A stretch of 64,000 nt of DNA from Leptogorgia sarmentosa. Lineage: Eukaryota. A program made the position numbers and the translations under genes. The first letter of the stretch is position 1. The number at the start of each line of letters is the position of its first letter. The stretch lies in assembly GCA_964658305.1 (NCBI GenBank), contig OZ210885.1, positions 17,918,001-17,982,000 of the forward strand, written 5' to 3'. This document shows positions 1 to 11,956 of the stretch, piece after piece. The notes below the pieces were generated by a model. That model saw only the letters and a list, made by a program, of their open reading frames with translations. It ran no database searches and was not told where the DNA came from.

Positions 1-566
1 ATTTAACACGCTGCTTGTTACGCCACGTGGGGGAATTGTTTGACCCTGCACTTACAAAAGTAATATACTGCTATGGAGAGTATCAAAAGGAATTTGACCA
101 ACTTTTTCCTAATGTTGAGTTGGTAGAAGGTTTTCCAAACGACATTGGCGAACTAACAAAAGGTCACGACAACTCTTTACTCGTACTGGACGATTTGATG
201 TCTCAGTGTTCTAACGACTCTCGCGTTGCGGAGTTGTTTACGCGTGGTTCGCATCATCGTGGAATATCTGTGTTGTATTTGACACAAAACTTATTTCCAC
301 CTGGCAAATTATCCCGCACAATCAGTTTGAATTCCCACTACATGGTTATATTTCGAAACCCGCGCGATTCGTTGGGCATTACCACATTAGCAAGGCAAAT
401 GTTCCCCAAACACACCGATTATCTTTTGGAAGCATTTCGTGACGCAACGAGTAAACCCTACGGCTATTTGCTCATTGACTGTCATCAGTTAACTCCCGAA
501 AGTATGCGTTTGAAAACCAACATTTTACCCGGGGAACAACAATTCGTTTACGTAAAGCGTATTTAG
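1..566 (+). CDS. Polinton packaging ATPase (FtsK/HerA, A32-like), 5'-truncated by the window
   Basis: Walker B LLVLDDL, plus RGSHHRGISVLYLTQNLF and KPYGYLLID motifs typical of Polinton ATPases. Confidence 0.9.
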   Translation, partial: LTRCLLRHVGELFDPALTKVIYCYGEYQKEFDQLFPNVELVEGFPNDIGELTKGHDNSLLVLDDLMSQCSNDSRVAELFTRGSHHRGISVLYLTQNLFPPGKLSRTISLNSHYMVIFRNPRDSLGITTLARQMFPKHTDYLLEAFRDATSKPYGYLLIDCHQLTPESMRLKTNILPGEQQFVYVKRI

Positions 567-601
567 AACAAGGTACATTATCAAACTTAGTCATTATTAG
601 G

Positions 602-928
602 ATGTCGAAGCGCATGAGAAGAAGTCTTCCCTACTTGCAAATTTTTGCAGTGTGTAAACCAAAACTGCGCCAGGCAGTTATTGAACATGCCCCCGCTGAA
701 GTAATTTTGGCTATTTGCGAGTGTTCGCTAAACATGCTTAAAGGGGTCATCCCTTTGACACCGCGTCAGAAATGGGCGTTATCGCGTTATAAGAAACATC
801 TCCGTGCTTTAGCTGATAAAAAAGTATCCAGAAAGCAAAAGAAGCGTTATTTAAGTCAGAACGGAGGAGGTTTATTAACATCCGTTTTACCACCTGTTTT
901 AAACGCACTAGGGAATTTGTTGGTATAA
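602..928 (+). CDS. Small basic Polinton virion/core-like protein
   Basis: 108-aa K/R-rich ORF ending in QNGGGLL plus a hydrophobic tail (candidate protease cleavage site); lies next to the ATPase. Confidence 0.7.
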   Translation: MSKRMRRSLPYLQIFAVCKPKLRQAVIEHAPAEVILAICECSLNMLKGVIPLTPRQKWALSRYKKHLRALADKKVSRKQKKRYLSQNGGGLLTSVLPPVLNALGNLLV

Positions 929-1340
929 TGAAAAAGGCAAGACGAATGGCACTGGTGCCCGAGGAAATGTTGGATAAATTTGAACGAAAGCAAAAATTGG
1001 AAACCTCTCCGATTATTTCGAATCTTTTGCAAAGCGATAAACGTATGTCGGACATTCTTGAACGTTCGGATTTGGCCGACGACGAGAAGCAGAAACTGTA
1101 CAATATGGACATGCAATGTTTTTTGGAATTGCGGCAACAGAAAAACAGTTAAATGTGCCCGAAGATCTCGTTAGAAATGACGACCGATGGAAACAAGTGG
1201 GTGAAACGAATTCTACCCAAACACGGCGATTGGGAGGTTTTGGCAGTCCACGAACTGGGGGTTTTGGCAGTCCGCCGTCCACAAGCTCATTTCAACCAAG
1301 AGAAGAAAGACGCGTACAAGAACAGTGGATAAACTATTAA
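928..1340 (+). pseudogene. Polinton hypothetical protein, disrupted
   Basis: ATG overlaps the upstream stop (TAATG); stop at 1152; an overlapping frame runs to 1340. Confidence 0.45.
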
Positions 1341-1354
1341 TTTTTGTTACTTTG

Positions 1355-2603
1355 TTATATGAATAAATGATTTGAAAATATTTGTTGTTGCCGTTTTTTA
1401 TTTGATAAAACCCCACACATTGTTTTTCTTACAAATGATTTTATAAATGCAATAAGTTTACAACAATGATTAAGGCCACTAGTTGGCTGTTTAAATCTAA
1501 AGTGAGCTTGAATAAAACGAAACACTTTTTTATCATTTAATTCGGAATCATTACTAAACATCTGCACGATTTTTTTCATGCTAACACCTCATGCTCTATG
1601 ACTAAGATAAAATCATAGGTAGCCCAACGCACACATGACGTAACATCCAGTAGTATAATATGACAAGGTTGGCAAGTAAACAATAATATGACTCGCTACC
1701 GCTTAAAACAAGGCGAAAAAATCAACCTCTTGGGAACAAACTTCGCTAAAAAATAGCAGCCCCTAATTCTAGGATAATATTACTAAATATGTACAACGTT
1801 CTTTGCCAACAAAACGTGTGAAAAAGTCGGAAAAATACGAAAAGTTTCTCTTAATTTGCCGTGTCTCGATGCTGGATGCCTGTTGCCGTGCAAAAATTAC
1901 CGTTTGAAATTATGAATACGCGATCCTATTGGTGGGCTGTTTTGTCGGTTTATTTATAACCAAACGAATCGCGTATTCACTTTTTGAAATGGCGATTTTT
2001 GCACGGCAACAGGCATCCAGCATTGAGACACAGCAAATTAAGAGAAACTTTTCGTATTTTTTCGACTTTTTCACATGTTTTGTTGGCAAAAAACGTTGTA
2101 CATATTTAGTAATACTATCCTAGAAGTAGGGGCTGCTATTTTTTAGCGAAGTTTGTTCGCAAGAGGTTGATTTTTTCGACTTGTTTTAAGCGGTAGCGAG
2201 TCATATTATTGTTTACTTGCCAACCTTGTCATATTATACTACGGAATGTTACGTCATGCGTGCGTTGGGCTACCTATGATAAAATATACTATATTGTCCA
2301 CAAACATCGGACCAGTTTCCCTGTAACTTGCGCTTCTTATAATTCCATTCGTGAGAATGTTTTTTAAAAAACTTTTTAAATTCTGTGTAATAATCGGGTG
2401 AATGGCCATAGCTGTCAAAAAATTCTCTTTCCCCCTCTGATGGAAAGTAAAAGGCTACCCAATGCGTTCCGGGTTTACTGCTCAGGTCCGTGTTTATATT
2501 TTTCCAGCGTTTGCGGTATTTTATTGCTAGGAAATACTCCGCAAAACATTTTGCGCGCAATAGGATCTTGTTCTAAAGCGTGTTTTATTTCAAAAGTGTT
2601 CAT
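1355..2603 (-). pseudogene. Adenain-like cysteine protease, split by a MITE
   Basis: NTD..KPGTHWVAFY, FFDSYG and LQ...SDVCGQY catalytic motifs. Removing 1614-2278 plus one TSD copy restores ...SIFY-LSHRA*GVSMKKIV. ATG at 2603 overlaps the MCP stop; N-terminal frameshift. Confidence 0.88.
1614..2278. mobile_element. Fold-back MITE, P-element-like ends
   Basis: About 310-bp inverted arms; CATAGGTAGCCC...GGGCTACCTATG termini; 7-bp TSD ATAAAAT (1607-1613, 2279-2285). Confidence 0.9.
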
Positions 2604-4100
2604 CCTGAGTAATCGTAGATCACGTTTCTCTCCGAGTCGATGTGTATGGTATTTTCAAATTCTCCGTAACATACCACGCTTACGGCATTTGCGGGTGCGG
2701 TGCCGAACTGGATCTCAATGGCAAGATTTCCTTTTTGCACTACATTAAAATGAGCTTTGGATCCACACATGTCTGGTGTCAAATCGAAGGCGTATAGGGT
2801 GTAGCCATTTGGGTATTCCTGGCGCGAAATATCGTTGCCTGCGTTGTAATACATTTTTCCCCTACCGGAAAACAGCGTGTTGTAGGCTTCGATGAATCTA
2901 GGGGTCGCCGCAGCATAGGAAAGCTGAAGAGGTCTGAACGGAATTTCTTCCCCATTGACACTAATTCCAACAGAGGTCACGCCGAAATTCTTAAAATTAA
3001 AGGGGTTTTTGGTGTACACGCCGTTGTACGCATCGCTGTCGACCAAACCAAAAACAAACGTTTTCGGCACCAAGCCAGGGACAATGAAATTTTTGCATTC
3101 CACGCGGCGAATGGGATAAATGGCTGGTCCTTTTCGCAGGGCCAGTTTGTGAGCCACAACAACGCTTGGGCTAACTTTTACCTTTCGTATCTTGAGATAG
3201 GCATCGGTTAACTTTACTCTAAAATCTGGATTAGCAGCAGAGGCAATGAGGCAAAACTGATGAATATTTCGATTGAGAACCAATTTCAGATCAACATAAC
3301 TCAGCATAAGTCGATCTGTCATAAACACATCGCAAAATATTGGCCCTGCCATCTCAATGGATTTGGTTTCCTTGCTAAATTCATATCTTTTGTTTAAGGC
3401 TGTATTAGCATCCACAGCAGCCTCTACAGGATTGCCCACGTCCATTTTTCCTGCTTTGTCTTTGTAAAACATGGCTGCCGTAAGCTGGGAGTCTTTGGCT
3501 GCAGGTCCATAGTTGAGAAGGGTTTCCAAATACGCACGATACGCATAGGTGCTTGTTGCTTGCATCACCTGCTTTTCTTTCAGAAATACATCAACTTTTC
3601 TTTCAGAAATACATCAACTTGTTTGAATAGACTATGTAGGAAATTATTGACGATTCCTACTTCTTCGTTTCGATCAAGATTGGCTCCGTTTGCTTTTGTT
3701 ACTTTTGCTCGTACCACCAAAATTGTTAATATGTATACGTCAAGTAAGATTAAAGTTAACATTAATTAACATAATTAGCATGAATTATGACCGAACACGT
3801 GTGTGTGCAAGTAGAACTTTTAGATCCGCCATTACTAAAGTTTCCATGTAAATAACAAGTTCATTTTCAGTTGTATAAACGAGATAAAACATTAAAGTTA
3901 ACAAAAATTGTCTTTGACAAATCCACATAATCTTCGTTACCAGGAATTAAGAAAGTGATTGGGCCTGCGTCTGCAACACTGGATACCGGTTGATATTCTT
4001 CCCAGCGCCCCTTTTCCAAACTTGTTTGTGTTGGTGGTACCGAAAACAAATCGAGCTCACTTTTGCTACACTCTTGCGATTTTGAATGTACGAAATTCAT
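2600..4100 (-). pseudogene. Major capsid protein (double jelly-roll), disrupted
   Basis: N-terminus SKSELDLFSVPPTQTS and C-terminal NPFNFKNF and GYTLYAFDLTPD motifs. Broken by a solo LTR (3724-3903) and a 23-bp tandem duplication (3572-3617). Confidence 0.9.
3724..3903. mobile_element. Solo LTR (180 bp) in the MCP gene
   Basis: TGTTAA...TTAACA termini; 5-bp TSD AAAAT; removal restores the DLSKTILVV frame. Confidence 0.8.
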
Positions 4101-4103
4101 TTT

Positions 4104-4628
4104 TTAACCGAATATATCTTGAGGAGATGCTCTTCGTTTCTTGGGCTGTTTGCTTCTGGCTCTTGATGTGGATGGTTCTCTCTTTTTAACTGTGGGTGTT
4201 TTGCTTCTGGATCGTTTAACTGTGCTTTTTGACCCATTAGCACTTTTGGGTCGCTTGGTGCTTGTGCTTCTTGTTCGTTTACGACGTGTTCCGCTTCCGG
4301 TTTGTTTGTTTGCTTGCATTTGTTCCATTGCTTTGGCTTTTGCGGTACTAAGGGCCTGTAAACCTCTTGCTTTTGTGGCTTCTTTAACATTCTTTCCAGA
4401 TGCAATGTCTCCGAGAAGATCTGCACCGGTTGTTGCCACTATTTTTCCAAGAGCTTATCCTCCTCGCTTTAACATAGGCATGGCAACTTTGGCAATGCTA
4501 CGAAACAAATTGCAGAGTCCGTAACCTATTTGCCCATGACCCCTTTGCCATAAGCTACCTCGGAATACAGGCATACCGTGCCCTTGCTGTTGAGCCTGGT
4601 AATACGATACGTAAGGATTACTATGCAT
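4104..4628 (-). pseudogene. Polinton core/membrane-active precursor-like protein, one internal stop
   Basis: MHSNPYVSYY, repeated QxGxG motifs (QQGHG, QRGHG, QIGYG, QTGSG), amphipathic segment and R/K/S-rich tail; TAA near 4455. Confidence 0.7.
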
Positions 4629-5382
4629 TATGTGAAATAAGCTTGCTTTTTAAAGTGAAGTGTCACCACCACCTTGCTGCGTTCAAATGGCACGGGATCG
4701 CCCGTGTCGGTCCTTAAAAGTATTTCCACAGTTTCAAATGATTTTGTCTGAACAGGCACGTACTGTATATTCGTAAATGTTTCAGCAATGTTATCGCCAA
4801 ACTTTCCTTTCACGGGAATGGTCTTAAGCAATTGAGCGCTTGTCTCTCCTACCACCTGAGGCCGAACAATGTCACAATAAACGTAAATGTTTGATATGAC
4901 AAACACATCTGCGGCGTATGGGCTTTCGGTTGTTTTTTTCAACATTACTTCCTCTCCTCCAAAACCCAGCATAACGGATATCAGTGAAGAGGGGGAAAAA
5001 CCGTAGTTTGGTTTTATTTCAACTGTCGTTTTTGTTGTCGCTGAATTGTACGTTATTTTGATGTTGTTCCCTACATTTTTTGCCAACGCTTTGTTTATGG
5101 CTTAATCAGATCATTTACAGTTGCGTAGTGACTGTATTGAACAGTATAACTCCACCACGCACCAGTGCTAGGTTCCATGTGAAAAATATGGGATGCTGTG
5201 TTGACATTTGGTACAGTGTACCAACTAAAAGGATACGAAATGGAGTACAGCCCCACTTCCCAATTTCCTTCCAATTCAATGCCTTCTGGTAGGCTTACAC
5301 GATAATCGGTGGTTTTATTGTTTAGAAAGACATCCGAAGATGCATTGCTAGGAAGCGTTAAGTAAAAATGCGCTCCGCTCAT
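4628..5382 (-). pseudogene. Minor capsid (penton) protein, frameshifted near 5090
   Basis: FYLTLPSNAS...WEVGL N-terminus and IYVYCDIV...YVPV...VTLHFK C-terminus in two frames. Confidence 0.85.
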
Positions 5383-5419
5383 GATGAATGATAGTAAAAA
5401 ATAACACCAACATAAGGAT

Positions 5420-6493
5420 TTAGATCTTTTTTATTTGAGATGCCGGTACCCATGAATTAAATTTGTTTGGGTAACCTAACCATTTTACAAGATATTGTAC
5501 ATTACTTCCCCTCCCGCGTTTCTTCAGGATTTTTTCCACCTCGTACACGTCATCTTGCTTGATTATTTTTTGCAACTCCTTATCGTAAAACGTGCCTTCG
5601 ATTTCTTCGTCGTCATAATCTTTAAGTTTATACACTGGTGGATCGCGAGGAATTTGTTTGCTTACAGTAAAAATTTCCTTGGAAAAGTTAGGCAGGTAAC
5701 CTTTTTCAAATGTACGTTTCATTTTACTGATTCTAACATGATCCCCTACTTTAAACTTATACGTTGGAGTTTTTTTAGTATAATGGTCACCGTACAATGT
5801 GTGCCATACTCGTTCCTCGTTCTCCCTTGTAACATCTACGGGTTTAAGTTTAATACTACGATGGACGCTATGATTATATGAATATACTAAATTAGGTAAC
5901 ATGTCAATGTATCTCATTGTTTTATTGGCGGTAAAGTAACGCCACATTTTTGTTTTCAATGTACGAATCAACCGTTCCACAATAGAAGCTTTCGTTTCGT
6001 TGTACGTATTGTAAAGTTCGGTGTCTTCTACCTTCATCAGTGCTCGAAAATGCCTGTTTAAAAACTCTGTACCCTGATCCGTCATGATTTTTTTGGGTTT
6101 ACGTCCAGAAGCCAAGATGATTTTAAACGCTTCTACCAGCGCAGGTCCTGTTTTGTTTTTCAAGGGAACGACCCACGCATACTTGGAGAAAACGTCAATG
6201 CAAACGAGTAAATACCGATAACCGTCATTAAATTTCTGCATTGATTGTAAATCTGCTAAATCCATCTGCCATTGCTGGTCAATACCTCCTACGATAACAC
6301 AATTTCGCCTAAAGTGGCGACGCATGGGTTTGTGTAAAGTGTACGTATCTTGTTTGATCAACCATTCCTTGATTTTCTTTCGACTTATCTTAAACTTTCC
6401 TTCTTCTTTAACATCTCGATACAGGCGCTCTACTCCGCCAAGTCCTCCCGTGCGTTTCGGATCGTAGTAAACACTCGATAGGTACTCGTCCAT
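5420..6493 (-). CDS. rve-type integrase with C-terminal chromodomain (open ORF)
   Basis: DDE motifs WQMDLAD, MTDQGTEF and KASIVER; chromodomain YEVEKIL...YLVKWLGYP..FNSWV; likely start MDEYLSS at 6493. Confidence 0.93.
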   Translation of the reverse strand: MDEYLSSVYYDPKRTGGLGGVERLYRDVKEEGKFKISRKKIKEWLIKQDTYTLHKPMRRHFRRNCVIVGGIDQQWQMDLADLQSMQKFNDGYRYLLVCIDVFSKYAWVVPLKNKTGPALVEAFKIILASGRKPKKIMTDQGTEFLNRHFRALMKVEDTELYNTYNETKASIVERLIRTLKTKMWRYFTANKTMRYIDMLPNLVYSYNHSVHRSIKLKPVDVTRENEERVWHTLYGDHYTKKTPTYKFKVGDHVRISKMKRTFEKGYLPNFSKEIFTVSKQIPRDPPVYKLKDYDDEEIEGTFYDKELQKIIKQDDVYEVEKILKKRGRGSNVQYLVKWLGYPNKFNSWVPASQIKKI

Positions 6494-6641
6494 GATAACA
6501 CATAAAATGAAAATTATGTTGAGCAATGCTACCCTTTTATTCGTCAATGATTTGAGGGGGTTCATCTTCAACGGGTTGTGGCTCGACGGTTGTAAGTTTG
6601 TCATAGTTTTTAATGGTTTTACTGTTATAGCCCATCTGTAA

Positions 6642-7181
6642 ATGTCCCTCCAAATTAAGATCATTTCGACCGAAACTTATACCGATTTTAAACATTTTAA
6701 GTCTGTTGTGATTTTTGTTGATTTTCGGATTTTTGCTTGCAGAGTGACCCATCTTATGCCCACATATGAACGGGTTTGCAGTCAAACGTCTTTTGGCATT
6801 CGACAAGGAAAGATGTCCTGCTTTATAGACATTGACAATTTAGAATTAGTTTTACATCATCGTCAGCAGGATTCTATAAAAAAACTTTTAAAAATTTTTG
6901 CACAGGAAATTGCGTCAATTATAAATCAGATAACCATTGAAAATTGTACAGGGTGTAAAAACGAGCATTTGTCTCAAACACATCACGACTGTCTTACAAT
7001 GGAAAAGGATGAACGATTATACAGATATTTCGATGTTGCTTTGGAAAGGGTTTCAGCAATAAAAATCAAAGATGCATACCTTCAACTTTATTCAGATGCA
7101 AACGACATTGAAAAGTGGAAAGCTGTTATTTATACGGAACAAAGACAACGATTAAAACAGGAAATCTTTCATTTGCTTTGA
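6642..7181 (+). CDS. Polinton hypothetical protein (CxxC...H.C cluster)
   Basis: ORF between integrase and PolB with CTGC..HLSQTHHDC; start uncertain. Confidence 0.45.
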   Translation: MSLQIKIISTETYTDFKHFKSVVIFVDFRIFACRVTHLMPTYERVCSQTSFGIRQGKMSCFIDIDNLELVLHHRQQDSIKKLLKIFAQEIASIINQITIENCTGCKNEHLSQTHHDCLTMEKDERLYRYFDVALERVSAIKIKDAYLQLYSDANDIEKWKAVIYTEQRQRLKQEIFHLL

Positions 7182-7401
7182 GTATAAAGTCCCGCAGTTT
7201 TAAGAGTGCATTAACAGTTGACAACATGCCTTTGAAGACGAAACAACGCGTGTGTGTTCGTAAAACAAGCAAATGAGCAAAAAAGGTTAAACGAGTGAAC
7301 AAACTCGCGATAACGTTCAAAAGCTCAAAAGTTATTATTAAAAAGACAACTGGGTGTGAAAGAATCGAGAGAAAACTTTTCATACTGAACAAGCAACAGT
7401 A

Positions 7402-7665
7402 GTGATGACTATCGACATACTTTTTCAGAGTAAAGGTACGCTAGTACTCGAAGTGAACATGACAGCTTCCAACTTTTGGAATAAGATCATGGAAGATATA
7501 ACAGACGAAGAAGTAGACAAGTGGTTTCCAAACGGTGAAGAATGTAAGACGTACGATGATAAAAAGTTTATCGATAAAGTTTGGGATGGATGCGTACAGT
7601 GGGGATATGTTTCTGAAGAGTACGACATTTTGGGAAGGTTTTTGGATGAAATAGAAATAGTGTAA
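7402..7665 (+). CDS. Small acidic Polinton hypothetical protein
   Basis: ORF converging on the PolB 3' end; no recognised domain. Confidence 0.35.
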   Translation: MMTIDILFQSKGTLVLEVNMTASNFWNKIMEDITDEEVDKWFPNGEECKTYDDKKFIDKVWDGCVQWGYVSEEYDILGRFLDEIEIV

Positions 7666-7757
7666 TATGTGCTACTCGCACTGCAAACATGTTTGAAAAA
7701 TGCACTCATCGTTTTATAAATCGTATTTATTTTTAAGTATAACTTTTGTAATACAAT

Positions 7758-10700
7758 TTAATATCCATAAGGTAATGTTTTGTAATTATTTACAATTACA
7801 CGTTTATCATAAACAATGCGATAGTCTTTTTTCATGCGTTTTGTCTCGATTTCCTTCGTTTGGGGATTTCTTGTGATCCTGAAGGGAATGTCCACCGATA
7901 CATGTCCCGTCACTTGACACTCAGCACGTAAAAACACCAACGCACGAATCACGTCAAAATTCACTTTTTGCCTTGCCGTACAGTCCAAGGTAATGCCACA
8001 GACTTTGGTCTCAACTTTTCCGCTGTTGGTACGGTAGCAATAGTTCTTTGGACCACCAGATGCAAACACGGTAATGTATTCCCCTCCTAGCTCGTCGGTC
8101 AAATCACCCAGATGGTTGCCAAGAGGGGGTTCCTGTTCGTTCGGTTTGCTCACAAAAATCACCGAGTCTGTATCGTAGTAGTACAAGACCCTTTCTTGTA
8201 ACATATCCAACATGTCATACAATTTGAGGTACGCGTAGGCAGTGGTAAAGGCAGGGATGACCACGTTGGTTTTTGCATCGGGTTGAATAAAGTTATTGGT
8301 ATACTCGTACCGGACTTCAATAAGGTCGTCACTCACGAGGTCAGCGTCGAGCACGTTGATTTCATCTGAGGTAAGATAGTCAAAGAACACCTGCGGATCG
8401 TCGATCTGTTCGGTTTTGACCATGTTGGAACGCTGGGCAAACTTATCTAAACATAAAAAAGACGATATAAAAAAACTTCAAAAGCATGTAAAAGTTCACT
8501 AATACTTACCCCAAAACGAATTCAGCATTAATTTTGCCAAAGCGCATAATCCTGGATTGTACTCGATCTTGCTGAGATCCAGACGAATACCGGAGTTTTC
8601 AAAGTAGTCGTCCACGTAATGTTGCTTCTGCTCCTCCGTCACACAATCTTTCGGGTAGCCACTCGCCTCTTGTTTGATTTTTAGGAAAGTGTCAATATAC
8701 TCTTTGAACAACTCGTCGGAGGTATTGGGAAAATGCCACACTTCGTGGATGCTAAGAATTTGATAGCCCTTTTCTAAGGCTTTTTCCAGCTCGACGCTGC
8801 ACCATGTTCCTTGGATAGCTCTTTCGTTGTCGGAATGGGTACACTGACTTTGATTACAGGTGTCGGCACATGTTTTGCACAGTGAAAACATCAGCTTGCC
8901 CTGTGTGCGCTAGGAAAGCACAGGATGAAACAGATCTCGCGGTGGAAGCACCGTGCATTTCATCAAACCAAAATAGGTGGAGATGTCGTCAAAGTTTTCA
9001 GTGATGATGCGTGGATGGCCCACAACCGTCCGGGTCATTTTATTGCACCACAGATAAAGGCTCGTGAAGTCGACGTACCTAAACATAAAATTATTGTCAT
9101 ACATGGCGTAAAAAGATAACATCATCATTTCTTCCTACCTTATCTTTTCATCGCCTTCACATTCATGGAAAAGTTTGGCTGCATTAGTTCGTCCACCATA
9201 TAGGGCATCGCGAGGTTCCAGAGAATCAACAAGATCATACTGGTCAAAATACAGTTTCATTCCTTCATCGCTAGCCAACTCTCGGTTGATGGTACACTCC
9301 CAAACTTCCGTCACGTTATAACCTTGAGACTTTAAGTACTCGGTTTTCTCTACGGTGGCTTGGTGAAGATCGTGCATGGTGTTTCCCACAACAGGATTCA
9401 CTGTATCGCGAGAGTAACAATTGATACAACCTAAAAAATTTTTCATTAGTATACAAATCCAAACAGTCATTTTGAAGTAAAAACTTACCATGCCAAAAAC
9501 AGCCGTGGAATTCGTATGCGGTGTGCGTTTCTTCGTGATACCCGTCAAGTAAATAAGGACCAGCACGTTTTTCGCCTCCATTACGAGCATGCTGGATGTA
9601 AATCTTGTTTTTCTCGGCCGTATACGACAACCATTTCAGCGCAAGGAGGGACTGTTTGTTTTTGGGACAATAACCGTGTGGTGGAATGATGGCAATGGTG
9701 TTTTCTTCCAGGTAGTTTGTTCGATACACGAGATTACACACCGACGCGATGGTCAAACATTTCTCGAAGGAATCGATACCAGTGACGTCGCAAAACAGCT
9801 CGCGGAATTGCCTGCAGCAACGACGAAGTATGTCCACATCCGAACGACAGTAGGACAAAATTTCTTCTCGGAAGTTAAACACGTAGTTGGTGTCTTTCAA
9901 TGGAGTATGCCACTGTAAAAACTTTTCTTTCGCTGAAGGACTCATTCCGTTCGGGTTGTAGTAAGGTGCAGGTGGTATGGCACCGACATAATCTTCGTTC
10001 TCTTTCTTGTTGAACAGATGAGGGAAATACCCTTTTGCGAGTTCGTCGATACCAAAGGTTTTGGGGAAATCGGCCAATCGCATAGGAATAAAGTTCAACA
10101 AGTCGATAAACTTGATCTTGAACATAGGTATCGTGAGGGAAAGGACTTTAGCACCTCGCATGATGACATCGTACTTGACACCGTTCTCGCGTAGGAACTA
10201 CAGAACAAAGTAGCTGTCGTAACCCTGAAAATTGTGCGCCATCACAACACTGTTCGCTCGTTCTTTATGAAAAAGCCATTCACAAAAACTCGTTGCGTGT
10301 ATTACCAACGTCACCGGTTTCGTTCTGAACAACGCACAAGTTTGGTTCGTGATTCCCGTTTTCTTGCCGACATTCAAAGTCGAAAAACAGTAGCTGGTCG
10401 TATCCGTCTTTGATAACTTCGTCATCGTCTGATTCTCGTACCGGTTGCATGTAACAGCGATGATCGCCTGTTCGAACGTCCTCTTTGCAAATAGGGCACT
10501 TGATCATACCACAACGATGCCTTTCGGGATCTTTTTGATAGCGTTTCACCACGTTTTGGCATTCGGAACATTTCACCAATGTCGCACAAATCGATTTTCC
10601 CGCAGATTGTTTATGTCTTTCAAAACACACTCGACTCTTAAACGTACGGTTGCAATCGTCACAACGAATCCACGATTCGACGGGGCAATCGCCAGGGAAA

Positions 10701-11878
10701 CGACGACACTTACACGCGTTTGGACATATGTGCTCCTCTCGATGATCATACGTTTTCTTACACGTATGACAATAGTACGAACGTGCAAAAAATCCAGGCA
10801 TGGTGGCGATCACATCATAGTGGTTATCGTGCAGGTAAAGGTAAATCTTCTTCTCTTGCTCGGGACCGACAAAAATAAGAGCGTTCTGATACTCTTTCGA
10901 CACGATATTGATCTGGTATTCGGAAAGGTGGGTCTGAAACTGTTTGACTTCGTCCAAACCGCAAGCACCCAAAGGAACGCCAGCTTTCTCGTGTAATTCT
11001 CGAGCCAAACGAGCTTGCATTGGTCTTCGGTGATTAACAATACATCTGTAGTGTAGATCCTTCTCGATTTTAGCTTTCGCAACAATCAACGCTCTTGCCA
11101 AACAAAGTTCGTCGCTGTTCTGGATGCGTACAATCGAACGTTTCTTTTCCAGATGTTTCTCGAGATTAATCTTCGCTCGCTTTGACCCCTTACCGCCATG
11201 GGGCATTTCAATGTGCGTAATATTGACATCAACGCTGTCGTTAAAGTGAAAATCACGATTGGACTGAACCACTTTTTCGAATTCGGACAGCACACGTTCG
11301 GTGGTTAAACAGTCACGGGACATGAAAGGAAAGGAAATAGGTTTTTCCAGTTGCGCTGAACGGAGAACGAAACGCACTTGATCGTGAGACGATGCACCTC
11401 CGACAATTTGATTCAACAAATTTTGAAACATCTCGTGCAGTCGACCGTGGTATTGGGAAAGTTCCATGTCAGCAAACGAATTCGTAAACTGAACACGGTA
11501 GTCAATTCCCGTAGTGTTAAATTTTTTCACGTTGACTTGTCTCGTTCTCTGCAGATGAAACCCATCATCATCATCTTGGCCATAACCAATTTGTGGTTCG
11601 TCATCAATCATTTCATCATGGGATCGCTTTTCTCCCTGGGTTGCCATCTCATCGTCTTGCCAATCCCGCAAAAACCGCTCGCGTTGCTTGGGTGTCCATG
11701 TATCTGTAAGATCAGGCAGTAGTCCTAGTCGTTCGTTCTCCAAGCGCCATTGGCCAATTCTATTAAAAATCTCCAACTTCCTTGTAAATAGCGCTCGCCG
11801 TTCTAACTCGGTTAAAGAGTTCTCGTTTTCCAAAGCCGTAAGCTCTGCAATCGTTTCACATTTCATAATTAAATCCAT
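7758..11878 (-). pseudogene. Protein-primed family B DNA polymerase with N-terminal OTU-like domain, Vsr-like nuclease insert and three introns
   Basis: Exonuclease motifs FFDFE, AHNFQGYD and YCRSDVDIL; polymerase motifs YGGRT, DFTSLY, KLMLNSFW, YYDTDS and GPKNY. GT-AG introns at 9431-9488, 9079-9138 and 8447-8509. Stops near 10198 and 8910; frameshift near 10290. Confidence 0.93.
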
Positions 11879-11956
11879 CTCTAAACAAACACAGTTTTTT
11901 CCTAATTATTTGTTCTCTTTTATACCGTCATGAAGATTTCATGACTTACCTCATAA

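Noticed and set aside
5420..6493. Domestication of the intact Polinton integrase
   Set aside because: A 1-kb ORF can stay open by chance at this level of decay; no evidence of selection is visible.
5420..6664. Integrase start at 6664, as in the ORF track
   Set aside because: The extension has no integrase features; MDEYLSS at 6493 fits the usual N-terminus better.
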